From a virus (taxonomy: Duplodnaviria > Caudoviricetes): a stretch of 64,000 bases of DNA. The stretch lies in IMG/VR virus record IMGVR_UViG_3300031857_000014; one strand, written 5' to 3'. The position numbers and the translations under genes were made by a program. Shown here piece by piece: positions 50,110 to 59,772 of the stretch. Position 1 is the first letter of the stretch, and every line of letters starts with the position of its first letter. The notes beneath the pieces are model-generated. The model saw only the letters and a program-made list of their open reading frames with translations, was not told the origin of the DNA and made no database searches.

Positions 50110-51204
50110 TCTTTCTGTTTCATCAATAACCATTTTCTTAATTCCTTTGTCTTCAGCATCAGGGAATTGAATTGTAACTGTTTTGGTTTCTTCATCATAA
50201 ATTATTTTATTAATATCACCATCCTTAGTCATTACAACATTTATGTTGTTTTTACTCGCTATTTTCATTAAATTTTTAAGTTCTTCAAACATATCGATTA
50301 TTTTTATTTTTTTTACTACAACTTCTTCAGGAAAAACCCATGTCGTATCTTGTAGTTGTTTATTTTTATTTAAATCATTTTTTAACATTATTATACTATC
50401 CTTATAAACCATTACCCAATAATGACAATTAGAACGAGTACTAAATTTAGATTTAGTTAGAATTTGATTTTCATTGTTGATGTAATAATTTGCATATTTC
50501 ACTTGAATTTTTTCTTCAAAATTATTTGAGTTAACTACCCAAAAATCAACACCAGTTTCTCTATCTAGTGGATCACCTAATCCACTTGAACATTTCATTC
50601 TTAAATAATTTGGGAAAAATTCGTTAATAAATCTTTTGAATAACATTTCACCAATGTCACCTATCATCATTACGTTTGCACATATTGACATCATTTCTTT
50701 ACACTGAGGTGAATTATAATCCAATAATAAATTACTGTATTTTCTAACAATTAATAAAAGACTATGAATTTTTTCATATGTCGATTCAATATCTTCTCTC
50801 CAATTCTCACCTATTCTTATTTTTTCAGTGTATATTATTTTACCATCAATTTCAATATAATCTTTTCCGGATTTTTTTAATGATTCCAAAATAACATTAC
50901 ATTGTGAAAAAAGATATAACTGTCCACTTAAATTAGTATTAAGTGTATTTAATCTGTGCCACCTATTCAATAACACAACACCAAAATCAGTTAATTTAGA
51001 TTGAGGGTGAGGATTTCTTAACCATAAACCTAATGGTTCATAATATTCTTTTAATATAAAATTAATTGAGTCAGATATCCGGTATTTTATACATTTATCT
51101 TTGTACTTATATTCCCCGATTTCACTTAATACTTGAAAAAAAGTTACCTCATATCCTACCTTTTTATCCGTCATTAATCTATTGTATATTTCAGGTGTCA
51201 TCAT
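50089..51204 (-). CDS. Putative PD-(D/E)XK endonuclease
   Basis: 371 aa. GDIGEMLF...DRETGVDFWVV...KIQVKY fits the E...D...QxK active-site pattern. Confidence 0.55.
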   Translation of the reverse strand: MMTPEIYNRLMTDKKVGYEVTFFQVLSEIGEYKYKDKCIKYRISDSINFILKEYYEPLGLWLRNPHPQSKLTDFGVVLLNRWHRLNTLNTNLSGQLYLFSQCNVILESLKKSGKDYIEIDGKIIYTEKIRIGENWREDIESTYEKIHSLLLIVRKYSNLLLDYNSPQCKEMMSICANVMMIGDIGEMLFKRFINEFFPNYLRMKCSSGLGDPLDRETGVDFWVVNSNNFEEKIQVKYANYYINNENQILTKSKFSTRSNCHYWVMVYKDSIIMLKNDLNKNKQLQDTTWVFPEEVVVKKIKIIDMFEELKNLMKIASKNNINVVMTKDGDINKIIYDEETKTVTIQFPDAEDKGIKKMVIDETERLNKLFN

Positions 51205-51279
51205 TATTAGTTAAAAATACTAAAAATATTTGGTATTTAGTAATAACTTTTAAGATATTTATTGTAATAACACAAAGAT

Positions 51280-52404
51280 ATGTCAGCAACAATAATAACT
51301 CTACCTGAAAAGGAAAAATTATATACACAGGTTTTTCACCTATTAGGTATGCCTGTTAGGGGAATTGAATTAACAGAAGAACAAATGGATACGTTTTTAG
51401 AATTGGCGGTATCTGAGTATGAACAATACGTTAATGATTGGTTAATTGAATCACAGTGGTCTGCTTTAGCCGGATTGGATGTTGACACACAATCCTTAAC
51501 AAGAGCTCTGACCACAAGAGCAATGGACTATGAAACACAATATACATATTCATATTCAAAAATCGTTGGATTACAAACAGGTGGTCCATGGGAGTTGAAA
51601 AAAGATTATTTCACATTAACAGGAGGAACTCAGACATATGTAATCCCCGCAGGACGTGAAATAAACGAGTTATTATGGTTCACAAGAGCAACTCTTACCG
51701 ATTCAATTGTTGATCCGTTTTTGGGTGGATTTGGTGGTCTTGGTGGTGTTGGTTTTGGTGGTGTTGGTGGATTCGCTCAAGTTGGTGCGTCAGGGTCCTA
51801 TTTTATGTTACCAGCGTTTGATTTGTTATTAAGAATGCAAGATAGAAATATTAAAAATAGATTAATTGGTGGTGAATTAACTTATAGAATTACTGCGGGA
51901 CCAAATGGGACTAAAATAGTACATTTATATAATGTACCCGGTGGTAAATTTGACTTCGGGTCTGTACAACAAAATAACTACCAAGTGTGGTATTGGTATT
52001 ATGATACAACTACAACATCAAGAGATGAATGTTTAGAAAAAAATAAAGACATAGTAAAACTTCCGTCTGATGTTATGGTTGAAGCGTTAACTTGGGATAA
52101 AATGAATAAACCTTCACAAAATTGGGTAAGAAAATATTTGACAGCATATGCTAAGGAAGGTCTTGCAAGAATATGGGGAAAATACTCCGGTGACTTAAAA
52201 GTACCTGACCAAGATATTAAACTTGACTATACTTCTTTATTAACCGAAGCAAAAGATGAAAAACTTAAATTAGTTGAAGAATTACAACAAAGACTAGAAA
52301 GACTCCGCCCCGAAAAACTTTTAGAAAGAAAAGGAAACGAAGCGGAGAATCTTAACAAATCTCTGAAGTATAGACCAATGGTGTCACCATTTAATGTTAT
52401 TTAA
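51280..52404 (+). CDS. gp13: Neck / head-tail adaptor protein (T4 gp13-like)
   Basis: IELTEEQMDTFLELAVSEY at the N-terminus. WVRKYLTAYAKEGLARIWGKYSG...DYTSLLTEAKDEKLKLVEEL at the C-terminus. Confidence 0.8.
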   Translation: MSATIITLPEKEKLYTQVFHLLGMPVRGIELTEEQMDTFLELAVSEYEQYVNDWLIESQWSALAGLDVDTQSLTRALTTRAMDYETQYTYSYSKIVGLQTGGPWELKKDYFTLTGGTQTYVIPAGREINELLWFTRATLTDSIVDPFLGGFGGLGGVGFGGVGGFAQVGASGSYFMLPAFDLLLRMQDRNIKNRLIGGELTYRITAGPNGTKIVHLYNVPGGKFDFGSVQQNNYQVWYWYYDTTTTSRDECLEKNKDIVKLPSDVMVEALTWDKMNKPSQNWVRKYLTAYAKEGLARIWGKYSGDLKVPDQDIKLDYTSLLTEAKDEKLKLVEELQQRLERLRPEKLLERKGNEAENLNKSLKYRPMVSPFNVI

Positions 52405-55298
52405 AGGTGATTCGCGTGATACGCAAAATCATTGCCATTTGTTTCAATAATTTCATCTTCATTACTCACAGTACTTGACTCAATCATAGAAACGACTTTT
52501 CTATTGTGTTCCACCCAATAACTGTCTACGTTACTTAAACTCTCCTCAACATACATAAAGAACGGGTCTCTATTTACTCTATTCCAAAACATTACTTCAC
52601 TATCTGATAATGTCATTACTTCATTAAAATTATCTTGACCAGATTCTTTTAGAGGAAACCCACTTACAAGTTCACATTGAAGTTTCGTAAAGTATTGTCT
52701 GTTAGCCGGATCCTCAATTAAAATATCGTCCCTGATTTCAGGTTTAAAAACAACCAATAGTGGTTCAATTCTTTTATTGAAATTATTTAAATAACGAGCA
52801 ACATTGTAATCACCTGTTAGTTCAGGATTATTTTGAATATCTCTTTCAGGAATCATGTAACAGTTAATTTCCAAATAATCACTCGGCATCGGTTCACCAT
52901 GTTTTAACTCATACTCTTCTTTTTGTTTCTTAGTTGGTTTAGTTATTTTTTGAACGTCACCAGAAGTTTTCTTTGTACCGTTATTTACATAATAAATTGT
53001 TTCACCTAATGTTGCAGGATAGTCATTAAGTAAAACTAATTCCATGTGAGCTTGTCTTGACATTAAGATACCGGCTTTAGTTGTTTTCTTGATGTATTTT
53101 CTATATTCTTCTACAGATTGTTTTACTCTTGATTTGTTGGCGATTTTAGATAAAGGAATTTGTTTATTGTATATCTTATCAACATAAGAATAATATAACT
53201 CAATAAAAGAAACCCCGTCACCATTTAACAGATGTTTTAATCCTTCATCTAAAAACTCGACAACATACTGTTGTAATTTCTTGGATTTGATTGTGTTACC
53301 AGTAAGTTTTATTTTTTCTTTTCCTTTCTTTAATAGTTTAATGATATAATTTTTTCTTGAGACATTAATACAAACGGGAGCAATATAATCAATATCCAAA
53401 CCCATTTCGTTCCTCATAAAAACATCATTAAACTCTGCAGTGTCTGCTTCAATACCTTTATATTCTTTACCTTCTTCAACTAATTCGTTTAATCCCTTAC
53501 CAATATAAATGTGCGATTCAACATCAATGGGTGTTTCAAAGTTGACACCATCAGTATCCATTACAAGTGGTTTATAACCTTTCTTCATAAAGAACATAAT
53601 CATCATACGAAGACATTGTCTACCCACACATGTAATTGTTTCACCCATATTCATATCACCCCATGGAAATACTTGAGGTGCAGATAATGAACCGAAATAA
53701 GCGTTGATGAATATTTTAATTGGTAACTGTTTTCTATCGTACATTTCCGCCAATACAGGGTCTTTGTCTTTTAATTCACCTGCCAATCTTTTATATTGAA
53801 TACGAATGTTTCTGAAATATTTTAACATTGATTTTTGTACACCCATAACATCACAATCAGGGAATACATCGTACACCAATTGAATTGATGGGTATAGTGA
53901 AGCGTAGTCAAATTTAACGATGTTTTTAGAATACCCTACACTCAGTAATCTTGATAACCCTCCAGTGATTGCTCGTCTTTCATCTTTAGCGGGAATTGCC
54001 AAATTATTTTCGTAAGACCATGCTAACATTATTATCTTCCATAAGGTCGCAGTACCCATAGTAGATATTCTTTCATATGTTGTTGGTACTAATTTTGACA
54101 ATAGAAAAGTAGATTGACTAAAAGAATCATCAACAACTAATGTCTCATACAAATCATCATCGAGATATTGTTCAACAATTTTAGAACCAACCCATATCTC
54201 AAATTTACCCGGATATTTTTCTAATAAGTTTTCTGTACCCGGTTCACCAATTTTCTTATAATTACCTGTCTTAGGATTGACATAGTAACTTTCATTCTCT
54301 AAATAAATTTTAGAAATTTTATTACCCTCAACATACACACGATTTGGTTTTTCTTTTTCCAAATACTTTGTTATGTATTTAAGACTCCATGATTTAATTT
54401 CTGAATTAATTGCCTGTGCTCTACGAACAGAGTGAGCAATGTCCACAATATTGAAACCCCATATAACATGTTGAGTATACGGTTCAATTTCATTTGCCAA
54501 CTTTAAAAGACCTTCTTTTTGTTTTATACCTTCTAAAGTAAAAATTTGAGTCAACCCTTTAATATCAACACCTAAAATTTCACCTCTTTTAAGTATAAAT
54601 GGAAAGTCAAATGACGCTGAATTATATCCTGCAATAATTGTTGGTTTTAATTCTCTTATTGTATTAAAGAATTCCTCAATACATTTTTTCTCACCATCAT
54701 CACCAAACGCACTTAATGTCCTTTGAAATCCCCTATTATCTTTCATCCCAATTAGTATGATTTTATCTGTTTCAGGATTTAAACCGGTGGTCTCAATGTC
54801 AAACACAAATCTGTGAACACCAGAATAATCATCAATACCTTTGAACAGTCTTTTTTTCTTTTGAATAAGATATTGTTCTACCGGAGATAATGTTATAAAA
54901 TATGGTTTATATTTTTCATCCCAAGGATTTATACCACCTTGTCTGAAAAAACTAATTAGTTCAGTATATCCTTTTATACTTTTTACTAAAAAGTTTAAAC
55001 CATTTGATAATCTTTCATTACCATGGGTCTCTAATTTTTCAATTAGAATACCATATTCAACCATTTTTTGTTTTTGAAGTGTCTTACTATTATTGTAAAA
55101 ATTAAGACCAGTTAAGTCCCCAACCCAAAGAAACGGAATGAAACTATCTTCTTTGATTATCTTACCCTGTTCAGGGTCCTGTATGATTTTGTAAATTTTA
55201 TTTTGTTGGTAATCGTATTCAACGCCAACAATGAATTCTTCGGAATCTGCGCCGTTCAAGAAGCTCTCAATGACTTCCTGAGAAATAATTTCTTTCAT
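52401..55298 (-). CDS. gp43: Family B DNA polymerase with 3'-5' exonuclease
   Basis: ExoI FDIETTG, ExoII GYNSASFDFPFI, ExoIII YLDDDL, motif A DYASLYPS, motif B KIFINAYFG, motif C MDTDG. Confidence 0.96.
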   Translation of the reverse strand: MKEIISQEVIESFLNGADSEEFIVGVEYDYQQNKIYKIIQDPEQGKIIKEDSFIPFLWVGDLTGLNFYNNSKTLQKQKMVEYGILIEKLETHGNERLSNGLNFLVKSIKGYTELISFFRQGGINPWDEKYKPYFITLSPVEQYLIQKKKRLFKGIDDYSGVHRFVFDIETTGLNPETDKIILIGMKDNRGFQRTLSAFGDDGEKKCIEEFFNTIRELKPTIIAGYNSASFDFPFILKRGEILGVDIKGLTQIFTLEGIKQKEGLLKLANEIEPYTQHVIWGFNIVDIAHSVRRAQAINSEIKSWSLKYITKYLEKEKPNRVYVEGNKISKIYLENESYYVNPKTGNYKKIGEPGTENLLEKYPGKFEIWVGSKIVEQYLDDDLYETLVVDDSFSQSTFLLSKLVPTTYERISTMGTATLWKIIMLAWSYENNLAIPAKDERRAITGGLSRLLSVGYSKNIVKFDYASLYPSIQLVYDVFPDCDVMGVQKSMLKYFRNIRIQYKRLAGELKDKDPVLAEMYDRKQLPIKIFINAYFGSLSAPQVFPWGDMNMGETITCVGRQCLRMMIMFFMKKGYKPLVMDTDGVNFETPIDVESHIYIGKGLNELVEEGKEYKGIEADTAEFNDVFMRNEMGLDIDYIAPVCINVSRKNYIIKLLKKGKEKIKLTGNTIKSKKLQQYVVEFLDEGLKHLLNGDGVSFIELYYSYVDKIYNKQIPLSKIANKSRVKQSVEEYRKYIKKTTKAGILMSRQAHMELVLLNDYPATLGETIYYVNNGTKKTSGDVQKITKPTKKQKEEYELKHGEPMPSDYLEINCYMIPERDIQNNPELTGDYNVARYLNNFNKRIEPLLVVFKPEIRDDILIEDPANRQYFTKLQCELVSGFPLKESGQDNFNEVMTLSDSEVMFWNRVNRDPFFMYVEESLSNVDSYWVEHNRKVVSMIESSTVSNEDEIIETNGNDFAYHANHL

Positions 55299-55384
55299 GT
55301 GTTATAAATTTGGTTGACCTATTAGCTTACTGTAAATCAGTAGTTTGTCTTGTATTCCAATAATTATAACAAAAAAGTTCGAGA

Positions 55385-55753
55385 TTAAAAAATATTGATG
55401 TAAAGTTTTTCTCTGATTGGAACTATTAATTTGTTTGTGGGATTCAAATCGGTATCTAAAAATTGTATGGTAACCGTACCCTCAAACCTACCTACTTGAG
55501 AAGTTTGTTCTTCGGTGAATCTATATGTAATATAATATTCATCTGTTGTTTGATTGTATTTTTTTGTTCTTAATACCAAATTACATTGACCATCAAATAT
55601 AATAGGGTCACCAGTTGAAACTTCTGACATTTCAAACGTTATTTCAGAATTTTCCAATAAATCATTAAAAGATGATTTATCGTTTTTACCATCGTCAATT
55701 AATCTTAATTTTAATATCGGGTCTGTTGCGCCTTTTCTTATAAAAAATTCCAT
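55385..55753 (-). CDS. BppU-N-like small structural domain protein
   Basis: 122 aa. FFIRKGATDPILKLRL...ITYRFTEEQTSQVGRFEGTVTIQF. Confidence 0.55.
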   Translation of the reverse strand: MEFFIRKGATDPILKLRLIDDGKNDKSSFNDLLENSEITFEMSEVSTGDPIIFDGQCNLVLRTKKYNQTTDEYYITYRFTEEQTSQVGRFEGTVTIQFLDTDLNPTNKLIVPIREKLYINIF

Positions 55754-55754
55754 A

Positions 55755-55991
55755 TTATAAAAAATGATTTAAAAAGACAATATTTCCCCCCATGAGAGTC
55801 CATAATGCATCTTTATAATCCGGAGTACCGGTGTCGGACAAATAATCATACACTTCTTTTCCTATTGAAATAACCATTAAAAAAATTAATGAAATCAATG
55901 GATGAAATACTAAGTTAAATAATGTGTAAATAATTACACCGTAAACAAAGTGATTTGCTTTATCTATTGGTATTAAAGGTAACTTATTCAT
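55755..55991 (-). CDS. Small membrane protein (VanZ/YfiM-like)
   Basis: 78 aa. DKANHFVYG + hydrophobic helix + GKEVYD...DYKDALWTLMGG. Confidence 0.6.
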   Translation of the reverse strand: MNKLPLIPIDKANHFVYGVIIYTLFNLVFHPLISLIFLMVISIGKEVYDYLSDTGTPDYKDALWTLMGGNIVFLNHFL

Positions 55992-56007
55992 ATCAATAAA
56001 TATATCG

Positions 56008-56038
56008 AAAAAAAAATCCCTTCGTTTAGAAGGGATTT
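56008..56038 (-). terminator. Intrinsic terminator
   Basis: AAATCCCTTC-gttta-GAAGGGATTT with a long T run on the minus strand. Confidence 0.75.
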
Positions 56039-56056
56039 ATTATTAAAATTTAAAAA

Positions 56057-56773
56057 TTATAGTGAAACTGTATGGTACGAAAGGTATACTTGCATTGATA
56101 ATGTACCACCTGAAGCATTACTTGCTGCTGTTATTGCTATATTTTCGTTAGTTAATCCTGTAAGTGATGTAGGATAATATACGAGTGTTTTTGACGCTAA
56201 ACCTAAAGGTCCATTAGTTGAAGTAACAATGTTTTGACTACCACCACTATAACCAATCGTAACTTGAGTACCACCTGTATACGCAGTACCAGAAGAAGTT
56301 TTCAGAATTACTGAATCAACCACAACTAATTTATTAGCACCAGGTGCCGCCAAAATTGTTTGAGGTGTTGTTGCCAATAGTGCTGTTTGTCCACTAGTAA
56401 TTGTTATTCCAGTCGTTGTAAATAATGTTGCACCGGGTACATCTGTAATATTACTACCGTCACCAGAAAAATCGGTTGCGGTAACTGTTCCTGTAACGTT
56501 TAAATCACCGGTAACATCCATCACACTGTCTACAGTAAAAGTAGTTGCAGTTGTACCATTAAAAGTTAAATCATATCCTGCGAAATTTACCGTTCTATTA
56601 CCGGTCAAACTATCGTCACTACTATATAGTGTACTAGAACCACTAAACTGTATTGTATCTGCAATAGTTTGTATTGAGCATTGATAAATTGTATCATTAT
56701 CAACTACAACTGTTGTTGTGGATAATGAGGGGTTAGCTAAATTGTCTAAATCTGTGATTTTAATACTATTCAT
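56057..56773 (-). CDS. Tail-fibre-like structural protein
   Basis: 238 aa. N-terminal IKITDL anchor-type motif, VTGDLNVTGTVTATDFSGDGSNIT fibre segment, Thr/Gly-rich. Confidence 0.55.
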   Translation of the reverse strand: MNSIKITDLDNLANPSLSTTTVVVDNDTIYQCSIQTIADTIQFSGSSTLYSSDDSLTGNRTVNFAGYDLTFNGTTATTFTVDSVMDVTGDLNVTGTVTATDFSGDGSNITDVPGATLFTTTGITITSGQTALLATTPQTILAAPGANKLVVVDSVILKTSSGTAYTGGTQVTIGYSGGSQNIVTSTNGPLGLASKTLVYYPTSLTGLTNENIAITAASNASGGTLSMQVYLSYHTVSL

Positions 56774-56835
56774 TGTAAATTATTTTATTATAAATATTTG
56801 GTTATTTCAAATTATTCTTTTTATTTTAAAAAATT

Positions 56836-58299
56836 TTAATTAGTGATACCCGTTATTATTAAGGTGTTACCAGAAATGAAAAATAATTTATTATTTCCAT
56901 CGGTATCTTGTAAAATATTTTTATTAAAACTACCTGACACGCTAATCGAACCTGTAAAAGTAGTATTATTTAACTGACATAAAACATTGTTTAATTGAAA
57001 ATCAGTACGAATTATATTATTTTGAAAACTATTTGCAACAATATTATTATCATAAAAATCGGATATGATGGTATTATCGGTAAATGAATTTTTTACGATA
57101 CTATCATTAAAATTATTAGATAAAATTGTGTTACGAGCAAATTCATAACCTATTTGATTTTTTCTAAAATTTGATGTAATGTAATTATCTTCAAATAAGT
57201 TACCTATAAAATTGTCTTCAAAATTATCGTTTGTTATATTATTTCTAAAATAATCACCTACACTGTTGCTATAAGAATGATTATCAAAAGTGTTGTTGTA
57301 GCAAACGTTACCAAAAGTATTTTGATAGTAATCAAAATTACCTTTAAAAACATTATTAGGTAATATGAAATTTCCTACACTATCATATAAATGATATATA
57401 CTATAGTCTCCAATGTAATTATTAAAAATTGTTAATCCTGTTGGTGAAACCCCGGTCAGATTAAAAGTTGTGTATTCTTCACTTGTTAGTGATATGTTGT
57501 TTCTTTTATGACTAACAAACCCATCATTAATAGTTGAGTAATAAGTTGTACCTGAACCTATGGTCGTAATACTTAATCCGGTAATAGTCATACCTGAAGA
57601 ACCGGAAATAGTCAATACTTCAAAATACTTGTTACCCATACTTGGTATTGCAATTACGTCTCCAACAGTTAATGATGAAGAAAAAGTTGTACCGGTATTA
57701 CCAACAACCACACCATTTGATTGTACTTGTATTGTACCAGGTAATATATCACTTAATTTATATGAATAAGATTCATATCTTTTAAAGTATATGTTTCTAT
57801 GGTCATAATCTGTTCTGTTGTTATATTCATCAATTCTTTCTATAATTCTTCCAAACGCCTGACCACCCGTTTTTTCAGTAGTACTGAAAGTATAGTCATA
57901 TTTGATTTTGTCTTTAGGGTATTTAGGTTGATATCCGTCTGAACTAATTGTATTTGCACTTAAAGCAAAAACAATAATTGGTTCAATAGGTCCTTGTTTA
58001 TAAGTTGTATTACCAGTAACAGGTTGACCATTAATTAAAAAATCTGGTTGATCGTAACACGTTTTATAGTTGGTTATTAAATATGATTTACCAGCGGTAA
58101 GCGTTTTACCTGTTATTTTACTGACTAATTCAGAATAAGTAACACTTTCATAGTCGTTTGAAAGATTAAATGTATTACCTGAATCATTTTTAAATTTAAA
58201 AAACCCGTCACTTGAATCTACGAATAGGTTATACGTATTACCACTTGATGTCGGAATATTGTTTTTATTTTGTTTTTGTAATTGTATGTAACTTGGCAT
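56836..58299 (-). CDS. Fibre/spike-like protein with Asn-rich beta-solenoid
   Basis: 487 aa. About 13 roughly 9-aa repeats of type NxIGxxFxx (NNTFGNVCY, DNFIGNLFE, KNQIGYEFA). Confidence 0.6.
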   Translation of the reverse strand: MPSYIQLQKQNKNNIPTSSGNTYNLFVDSSDGFFKFKNDSGNTFNLSNDYESVTYSELVSKITGKTLTAGKSYLITNYKTCYDQPDFLINGQPVTGNTTYKQGPIEPIIVFALSANTISSDGYQPKYPKDKIKYDYTFSTTEKTGGQAFGRIIERIDEYNNRTDYDHRNIYFKRYESYSYKLSDILPGTIQVQSNGVVVGNTGTTFSSSLTVGDVIAIPSMGNKYFEVLTISGSSGMTITGLSITTIGSGTTYYSTINDGFVSHKRNNISLTSEEYTTFNLTGVSPTGLTIFNNYIGDYSIYHLYDSVGNFILPNNVFKGNFDYYQNTFGNVCYNNTFDNHSYSNSVGDYFRNNITNDNFEDNFIGNLFEDNYITSNFRKNQIGYEFARNTILSNNFNDSIVKNSFTDNTIISDFYDNNIVANSFQNNIIRTDFQLNNVLCQLNNTTFTGSISVSGSFNKNILQDTDGNNKLFFISGNTLIITGITN

Positions 58300-58311
58300 T
58301 TTATTTATTTT

Positions 58312-58680
58312 TTAAATTATTATTCCTGAACCTGTTATAGACCCATTATTTATTAGTGCTCCACCAATTTTAAGTGTACCATCAACAATAATCGAATCAT
58401 TATTAGTTAAATTACCTTGCACAAAATATTCAGCATTTTGTTCTATAATAAATACAGTATTTTGGTTTACAGTTAAATTAGAATGATTATATATTACTTG
58501 ATATTCTTCAATTGTACTTGTATAACCTGTTCTTGTTTGATTATATATAAATGGGGTCAACAAATTACGTAAATAATCAAATGTTACTTTATATGTAACA
58601 CCATTTTGAACAATAGCGGTTACGCCGGTTAAACTTGGAGTCGTTAAATTTGGAAGTAGTGATATTTTTATACCTGACAT
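58312..58680 (-). CDS. Small fibre-like structural protein
   Basis: 122 aa. MSGIKISLLPNL resembles the N-terminus of 56057-56773 (MNSIKITDLDNL). Confidence 0.5.
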   Translation of the reverse strand: MSGIKISLLPNLTTPSLTGVTAIVQNGVTYKVTFDYLRNLLTPFIYNQTRTGYTSTIEEYQVIYNHSNLTVNQNTVFIIEQNAEYFVQGNLTNNDSIIVDGTLKIGGALINNGSITGSGIII

Positions 58681-58693
58681 TTACATAAATATT

Positions 58694-59737
58694 TTAAATA
58701 ATCAATAGATTATCATTTTCTGTTAATAAATTTTTTCCATCCTCGGCCAATAATCCATTATTTATCAAACTTATTATATTATTAACCCCATTCGCGTCAA
58801 TATAGTCACATTCATTAGTGTTATAAACACATAAATCATATGTCTCAGTAAGAATTAAAAAATTATATTTTACATACACAAAACTTAGAGGTTCTGTATA
58901 ATATCTTATTTTTTTAATATCAAAACAACAAACACCATCGTGTACGTTGTTCATTAATCCTGTTCCACCACCCCAAGATTGTATAAATGGTTGAACACTA
59001 TCACCATCCCTTGGTATAATTTCTTCCCAATTAATTATTTTATATATTGGTCTACCATTTAGATATATTTTTAGAACACCTAATCTTCTATCTCTTTCTT
59101 CATCCCATCTTGGGTTTAGTATTTGAGTTTCTTCATAAATTGGTGTAGCTCCGGTTAAGACATCATATGGGTTTAATACTGTTGACCCGGTAATTAAATC
59201 ATTGACACCACCTTCATTTAATAAATCACAATCAGTATAATATTTGTACCTATCAAAAACTATTGCAACGTGAAAATCTTTAGTTTCTTCACAAATGTGG
59301 AGTGTAGGTGTCTGACCACTTGAAACATAATAATTTCTAGTGTAACCCGAATCACAATTTGTTGTATCACCTGAATATCTTATTGTAACCCATCTGATTC
59401 TACCATCTGAAGTAAATTGAAAAGATAAATTATTATCGGCGTATTTTTGTGGATCATCTTCACCTCTTGTACCTATATAATAAAATACACTACCATCGGA
59501 CCAATCCAACCCATTTTTATTAAAAACAAATTCCAAACTCCAACCTTTTTCATGTCTACTTGAAAATATTGGTGAACAATTATCGATACCACTTCCTGTG
59601 TCAAATTTATATGCCCAAGGTTTATTTTGTAAACTTGGTGCTTGGTCACAACAATTATCTGAACTTTCTAATTTTCCGACACAATTAATAATTTCGGAGG
59701 ATAAATCAGATACAGGAATTTGTAAATCAATTGACAT
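58694..59737 (-). CDS. Structural protein, LamG/concanavalin-like fold suspected
   Basis: 347 aa. GWSLEFVF...FYYIGT...DFHVAIVF...LKIYLNGRP pattern. Cys-rich. Confidence 0.5.
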   Translation of the reverse strand: MSIDLQIPVSDLSSEIINCVGKLESSDNCCDQAPSLQNKPWAYKFDTGSGIDNCSPIFSSRHEKGWSLEFVFNKNGLDWSDGSVFYYIGTRGEDDPQKYADNNLSFQFTSDGRIRWVTIRYSGDTTNCDSGYTRNYYVSSGQTPTLHICEETKDFHVAIVFDRYKYYTDCDLLNEGGVNDLITGSTVLNPYDVLTGATPIYEETQILNPRWDEERDRRLGVLKIYLNGRPIYKIINWEEIIPRDGDSVQPFIQSWGGGTGLMNNVHDGVCCFDIKKIRYYTEPLSFVYVKYNFLILTETYDLCVYNTNECDYIDANGVNNIISLINNGLLAEDGKNLLTENDNLLII

Positions 59738-59772
59738 TTATCTTTTCTATATAAATAGTATTTTAATTAGAT

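Noticed and set aside
20569-55298. Inteins or group I introns in RNR, helicase or polymerase
   Set aside because: Protein lengths are normal, catalytic motifs are contiguous, and no LAGLIDADG or C-terminal HN-C/S/T junction was seen.
55325-55345. gp43-style autoregulatory hairpin in the polymerase leader
   Set aside because: Only a 5-bp stem (TACTG/CAGTA), which is expected by chance.
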